A stretch of 64,000 nucleotides of DNA from NCBI GenBank assembly GCA_963169855.1, contig CAUJCN010000002.1, positions 517,608-581,607 of the forward strand, read 5' to 3'. The DNA comes from Patescibacteria group bacterium (GTDB lineage: Bacteria; Patescibacteriota; Dojkabacteria; J137). Every line of letters begins with the position of its first letter. The first letter of the stretch is position 1. A model generated the notes under the pieces. The model ran no database searches and was not told the origin of the DNA. It saw only the letters and a program-made list of their open reading frames with translations. A program made the position numbers and the translations under genes. Shown here one piece after another: positions 59,451-64,000 of the stretch.

Positions 59451-59501
59451 ACGTAAATTCCTAACTTATGAAATTATATTGAAGAAAGACGATCCCGTCT
59501 A

Positions 59502-60053
59502 TTAGAAGTTTATATACTGCCTTGGTTTAGACCTTATATTAACTAACTCTTGATAAGCGTCTTGAATAAGGCCAATAGTTAAGGCAACTGTTCCTAAAAC
59601 AGCAACGATAGCAACCCATAGTAGAGTAGTTCCCAAAGCAAAATTGATTAGAACTAGAACAACAGAAACCCACAAAAATGCTAACCAAACAGCTGCTTTA
59701 TGATAAATTTCGTATGTATCTCTGATTAGATTTAAAAGATTCAAATCTGCCAATTTTGTAATAAATTTTGGTGAAAGATGAGAATCATGAAAGAAAATCG
59801 CTCTAGCCAACTGGATAGAGAAGCCTAAAGCAATTATTAGAAACATTATTAAGTCTGAGTATGTGGAGATTATTACTGAATGCTCCTGAGTAACTGTTAA
59901 AGTACCGTTTAACACGCTTGATGTGTATTCGCTTACTGTGTAAGGTAAATTGAAGATTGAAATCGTAATAGCTATGCCAATAAATTTAGCAAAAATTGTT
60001 AAAGCGGACGGAAAAAGTGAATTTTCTAAAATGGTTATTAAAGATTTTTGCAT
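59502..60053 (-). CDS. Hypothetical membrane protein (4 TM)
   Basis: 183 aa hydrophobic ORF abutting rpsT. Confidence 0.8.
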   Translation of the reverse strand: MQKSLITILENSLFPSALTIFAKFIGIAITISIFNLPYTVSEYTSSVLNGTLTVTQEHSVIISTYSDLIMFLIIALGFSIQLARAIFFHDSHLSPKFITKLADLNLLNLIRDTYEIYHKAAVWLAFLWVSVVLVLINFALGTTLLWVAIVAVLGTVALTIGLIQDAYQELVNIRSKPRQYINF

Positions 60054-60317
60054 TTATGCAATTTTATTGACTGCTCTTGCGATTTTTGACTTATATCTAG
60101 AAGCTGCGTTCTTGTGAATCACATTCTTTTTTGCTGCCTTATCAATATCCTGATATGCCTTATCTAGTAATTCTTTTGAGTTCTTTTTGTCAGCAGAAGC
60201 TACAGCTTTTTTCACAGCTTTTTGAGCTGATTTTAAAGCTCTTTTAGTTCTTGTGTTAATAACGTGTCTTCTTTTTGCTACTCTAATTGCTTTTATAGCT
60301 GATTTTGTATTTGCCAT
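60054..60317 (-). CDS. rpsT: 30S ribosomal protein S20
   Basis: MANTKSAIK..IDKAAKKNVIHKNAASRYKS. Confidence 0.97.
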   Translation of the reverse strand: MANTKSAIKAIRVAKRRHVINTRTKRALKSAQKAVKKAVASADKKNSKELLDKAYQDIDKAAKKNVIHKNAASRYKSKIARAVNKIA

Positions 60318-60389
60318 ATATTTCTTTAATTAACGTTCGATTATAGCAACATATTATCCAAATTTAAAGCCCTACAAACGTTATTTAGT

Positions 60390-61142
60390 CTAGTTAATCT
60401 CTGTGAAAGGAATAACAACTTCAGGATTACCTAAAGCTCCTGGTCCAACCTGATATTTTCCAAACACAACTGTAACGCTCGAATCATCGAAAACAAAAGT
60501 TTTGTAGTTTGAGTCATCTGCAGATGCACCGGATTCTATTTGATCATTTAGAGAATCTGAATCCAATTGCTCCTTTAGAGAGTTGATAGAGTAATCAGAA
60601 ATTTGATTTAAATAGTCGCTATTTCCCACAAAAAGATCCGATAATTCCAAGAAATTACCAGTTTCTAAGTCAAAATTTACAGGAATAATGCCAGAGTCAC
60701 CTGTTCCTCCCATTAGATTGACAGAGTAGTTAATTCTTACACTAATTCTATTGTTATCGTTCAAAAGAACGTCGTAATCTGAGTGTCCTACAGATCTTAG
60801 GTTTTCGTCATCACCTTCTTCGATTGAGTCTGTAAAACTAGCGATTGCGTCTTCAACATATGAGTTTAATGTATCTTCAGTTTCTTGATCTGTACATGTA
60901 AATGCTGGATATGAAAAATCATATTCAAACCCAGAAGCTTCTTCCGCAGCATTAGCTGTGTCGATGTCACAAGAAAGAGGAACTTCTGTATTACCCTCTT
61001 CGTTAACAACTCCAGAGTTATCTGAATCTATAACCTGAGATTTATTATTATTTCGATCTATCATTACAGTTACAACCACAATTGCCACAACTAGCAATAC
61101 CGTTAGAACAATTCCAAATAATATTAAAAGAGCTTTCTTCAT
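60390..61142 (-). CDS. Membrane-anchored DUF3298/RsiV/PdaC-like protein
   Basis: NFDLETG..LELSDLF, FGKYQVGPGALGNPEVVIPF. Confidence 0.82.
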   Translation of the reverse strand: MKKALLILFGIVLTVLLVVAIVVVTVMIDRNNNKSQVIDSDNSGVVNEEGNTEVPLSCDIDTANAAEEASGFEYDFSYPAFTCTDQETEDTLNSYVEDAIASFTDSIEEGDDENLRSVGHSDYDVLLNDNNRISVRINYSVNLMGGTGDSGIIPVNFDLETGNFLELSDLFVGNSDYLNQISDYSINSLKEQLDSDSLNDQIESGASADDSNYKTFVFDDSSVTVVFGKYQVGPGALGNPEVVIPFTEIN

Positions 61143-61200
61143 TTCAAATTTTTAAGAGATAGAATGTATAATAATCTTAACAGTTTTTATTTTTCACGCA

Positions 61201-62010
61201 ATGTTTTTCAAAACTGAAGAAAATATACTTTTTGATTCACACGCACATATAAACTCAAAAGATTACGATTCTGACATCCAGGAAGTAATTTCCAGAGCTG
61301 AGAACGCAGGTGTGTTAAAGGTAATTGATATTGCCGTAGATCTAGATTCTAGTAAAAAAAGTGTAGAATTATCTAAAAGATTCCAAGGAAAAGTATTTTC
61401 AATCGTTGGAATAGACCCTGATATTATTCTTCCAATTTCTGAATTACATAATCCTGATTTAAAAGTGGAAGCAGTGTTCAATGAGCTATCTACCCTGATT
61501 GAATCTAACTCAGAATTCATTATTGGAATTGGGGAGTCTGGAGTGGACAATTACTGGTTGAAACAGTCTGATCTCAGCGTCTCTGAACAAGAAGCATTAA
61601 TTCGAAAGCAAATTGAATTACTTGATGTACATGTAGAATTGGCTAAGAAATTTGACTTGCCACTTTCTATACATTCTAGAGGTTACGAACAAGAGCTAAT
61701 AAGTTATCTAAAAGGCAAAGGAGTTCGTGGAGTTTTTCATTCGTTTACAGGAACTTATGAGACAGCAAAAGATATACTAAATAACGATTTTGGACTAGGA
61801 GTTAATGGTATTATTACATTCAAATCAGCGGAAAGTCTAAGAGAAATTTATCGAAGAGTTCTCGGGAGAAAGATCAATGAACCAATAGATTTATATAGTA
61901 AAAATGTCTATCTAGAAACTGATTCACCTTTTTTGTCTCCAGATAGAGGAGAGCGAAATGAACCTGCAAATATCGCTAAAATTTTTGAATTCATCGTAAA
62001 CAATTTATGA
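61201..62010 (+). CDS. tatD: TatD-family DNase
   Basis: [34 protein letters not shown]. Confidence 0.93.
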   Translation: MFFKTEENILFDSHAHINSKDYDSDIQEVISRAENAGVLKVIDIAVDLDSSKKSVELSKRFQGKVFSIVGIDPDIILPISELHNPDLKVEAVFNELSTLIESNSEFIIGIGESGVDNYWLKQSDLSVSEQEALIRKQIELLDVHVELAKKFDLPLSIHSRGYEQELISYLKGKGVRGVFHSFTGTYETAKDILNNDFGLGVNGIITFKSAESLREIYRRVLGRKINEPIDLYSKNVYLETDSPFLSPDRGERNEPANIAKIFEFIVNNL

Positions 62011-62282
62011 AGACTTTGATAAGTATTTTCCATTTTCTTATTACTCTTCCACGAAGAGTTGCCCTTCTTCTCATAAGAATTTACCAAAAAACACTATCTT
62101 TAGATCATTCGTTTTGGGGGAAAGGATCTGGAATTAGAGTATGTATTCATACACCATCGTGTTCTCAATATACTTACGAAGCTATCGAAAAGTATGGATT
62201 TATTAAAGGTAGTTGGTTAGGATTTTTTAGAGTTTTAAGATGTGCACCATGGGGTAGAAGTGGTTATGATCCAGTTCCTTAA
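62007..62282 (+). CDS. yidD: Membrane protein insertion efficiency factor
   Basis: [26 protein letters not shown]. Confidence 0.95.
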   Translation: MKTLISIFHFLITLPRRVALLLIRIYQKTLSLDHSFWGKGSGIRVCIHTPSCSQYTYEAIEKYGFIKGSWLGFFRVLRCAPWGRSGYDPVP

Positions 62283-63205
62283 TTAGAGTTTTCTTCAAGC
62301 CTTGGATACGGAAGTTTATTGGGAATATCTTCAAAACCATTCCTAAGCTCGGAAACCATGCTCAATGAATCCGGAATTCTATATGTAGTTCGACATAAAG
62401 TTACACCTTCTAAGACATGGTTTGTTAAATTTTTAATTCTCCAGCTCACATTATCGGGGAATTCTAGTGGCCTTGAGTATATGTCGCCAATGGATTGTGC
62501 TTGAAAGTATGACAAAATATCTTTCTGATCACCGATCACATCTCCTAGACTAGGTATTTGACTTAGAGCTACTAGCTCCAAATCTATAAACTGATCTAAT
62601 TCCATAATTTGGTTTGCTGCGAAATCCGTACAACCAGCGAGGAAAACTTTAATACGATTATTTTCATTCATAACTTTTAACCTAGAACGAACTTGAACTC
62701 CAGAGTAAGACAAGTCTTCAATTATTCGTATTGTTCCATCCACTATAGAGTTTTCTTTTACATAAACAATTTTAATCTTTCTTTCTTTAGCAAATTTTTC
62801 TACAAGTCTCATCATGTAATCTCCGCTACTCATAGGATCTGCATAATAGAGTGGCTCTCCAGTATGTGAGTAAAAGTACGCAGTTTCCCCATCTTTCAAA
62901 TCTTCCAGTGATTTTTCAGCAGTTTTAATCATTTCTGAATCAGAAAGAACCATCATATTTTGAACAAGAAATTCAGACAGTTTCTGGATTGCATCCAAGT
63001 TGAGGACGGGATTATCACCTTGTTGAATAAAGTATGTTTGTAGAAAATTTTTTGACTGTTCCCTAATATCTAAATCCAGTGAGAGGTCTTTAGAAGCCGC
63101 CACTACATGCTTAAGATTTCTTAAACACTGTTTTGTAACAACTTCTTCAATTTTTTGAATGTTAACTTCTGGTAGGCTTTCTCCAGGGAGTGGTTCGTAA
63201 ATCAT
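62279..63205 (-). CDS. Hypothetical protein with a phosphoribosyltransferase-like motif
   Basis: [14 protein letters not shown] resembles the PRPP-binding loop. Confidence 0.6.
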   Translation of the reverse strand: MIYEPLPGESLPEVNIQKIEEVVTKQCLRNLKHVVAASKDLSLDLDIREQSKNFLQTYFIQQGDNPVLNLDAIQKLSEFLVQNMMVLSDSEMIKTAEKSLEDLKDGETAYFYSHTGEPLYYADPMSSGDYMMRLVEKFAKERKIKIVYVKENSIVDGTIRIIEDLSYSGVQVRSRLKVMNENNRIKVFLAGCTDFAANQIMELDQFIDLELVALSQIPSLGDVIGDQKDILSYFQAQSIGDIYSRPLEFPDNVSWRIKNLTNHVLEGVTLCRTTYRIPDSLSMVSELRNGFEDIPNKLPYPRLEENSN

Positions 63206-63390
63206 ATTCCTAGTATATAGTACAAATCATTTACTGAAAACTTAGAAATCAAAATCATCCTCTTTGTCACTTCCTTCAAAGCGAGATACTTTTATGCTTT
63301 AATTTCTTCATTAAGAAATAATACATCTTTTTTAACTCGAAAGAAATTAAACACATGCAATTTCAATTACCAGTAAATATTATTCAAGAA

Positions 63391-63600
63391 ATAACCCACA
63401 TAGAATTTAGCAACTTTTCCACAGTAAGATTTTACAAAATTCTTCACAGAAAATAGTTTAACCATGTTTACTAATTATTTTTTCCACCTAAATATCCACA
63501 GGAAAATATCGATGGTTGTCTGCTATAATTCAGTGTAATCGGAAAGTTTTACACAAATACACAGTCCCTATTACTAAAATTAACTACTTATTATAAATAT
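63391..63600 (+). other. Putative replication origin (oriC)
   Basis: DnaA boxes TTTTCCACA 63415, TTCTTCACA 63440, TTTTCCACC 63480, ATATCCACA 63492, TTTTACACA 63547, then AAATACACA-GTCCC-TATTACTAAAATTAACTACTTATTA (trio/AT-rich unwinding tract) directly before dnaN. Confidence 0.75.
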
Positions 63601-63606
63601 ATAGTT

Positions 63607-64000
63607 ATGAAGATAACGTTAAGTCATGAGAAACTCTCGAAAATGCTCATGTATACGAGTAGAGCCGTAAGCACTAAACCAAACATTCCAATTCTTTCAA
63701 ATGTGAAGATGGAAGTGAATAAATCAAACTTAAACCTATCAGCTACAAACTTAGATATGGGGATAAATTTGTGGATACCTGGTGTGGTTGAATCTGAAGG
63801 AAACCTTACTGTATCAGCTAAATTCATTGCAGATTTTGTTGCAGCTTCGAGTGCAGAAAAAGTTGAACTTGAATTAAAAGATAATGTTTTGAATGTAGAA
63901 ACAGAAAAATCTAAAGCGAATTTCAACATTATTCCTGCAGATGAGTTTCCTATAATGCCTGCTATTCCAGAAAAATCATGGTTCAGAATTGATAAAAATG
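63607..64000 (+). CDS. dnaN: DNA polymerase III beta clamp (partial, runs off window)
   Basis: MKITLSHEKL..RAVSTKPNIPILSNV..LSATNLDMGI..EGNLTVSAK..DEFP; not in ORF track. Confidence 0.95.
   Translation, partial: MKITLSHEKLSKMLMYTSRAVSTKPNIPILSNVKMEVNKSNLNLSATNLDMGINLWIPGVVESEGNLTVSAKFIADFVAASSAEKVELELKDNVLNVETEKSKANFNIIPADEFPIMPAIPEKSWFRIDKN

Noticed and set aside
3299-62504. Many 60-130 aa ORFs antisense or out of frame within identified genes (e.g. 4873, 9898, 27570, 33833, 41567, 46228, 61263)
   Set aside because: Fully overlap well-supported genes and read like reverse-strand shadows
63624-63929. 101-aa minus-strand ORF
   Set aside because: Antisense shadow of dnaN, which is open from 63607 to the window end
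1-64000. CRISPR array, rRNA, tRNA, tmRNA, RNase P RNA, IS transposase, integrase or prophage genes
   Set aside because: No regularly spaced repeats, cloverleaf/T-loop signatures or recognisable motifs found by eye; a covariance-model scan could still find small RNAs
1-64000. Alternative genetic code (UGA=Gly as in Gracilibacteria/Absconditabacteria)
   Set aside because: Conserved genes are uninterrupted in code 11 and TGA ends rpoA, yraN, tatD and others at expected positions

Overview
AT-rich, gene-dense bacterial chromosome segment using the standard code (TGA is a stop). Gene content points to a Patescibacteria/CPR organism, possibly Dojkabacteria (inference): trigger factor without a PPIase domain, archaeal/eukaryal-type TyrRS, half-size MFS protein, no Shine-Dalgarno sites. 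From left to right it holds valS with an inserted GNAT domain, a ~16 kb surface-glycan locus (galE, wzm/wzt, methyltransferases, many GT2/GT4 enzymes), the infA-rpmJ-rpsM-rpsK-rpsD-rpoA-rplQ-rplM-rpsI operon, recF, tig, recA, an ABC-2 exporter, a class II photolyase, an ECF sigma/anti-sigma pair, alkA, a small GIY-YIG nuclease, tyrS, rpsT, tatD, yidD, an oriC-like region and the start of dnaN. Main observations: (1) a short palindromic element, GTCA-N4-GAGC-loop-CGA-N4', occurs three times with fully compensatory stems, once intergenic and twice in frame inside aminoacyl-tRNA synthetases; (2) a stand-alone GIY-YIG gene is bracketed by two covarying hairpins whose arms also enclose the intergenic copy, suggesting a nuclease-associated repeat system; (3) an unannotated L36 with a ~12-residue insertion; (4) oriC next to dnaN without dnaA; (5) widespread apparent leaderless promoters. 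No CRISPR array, rRNA or tRNA was seen. All family assignments come from motif recognition, not database searches.
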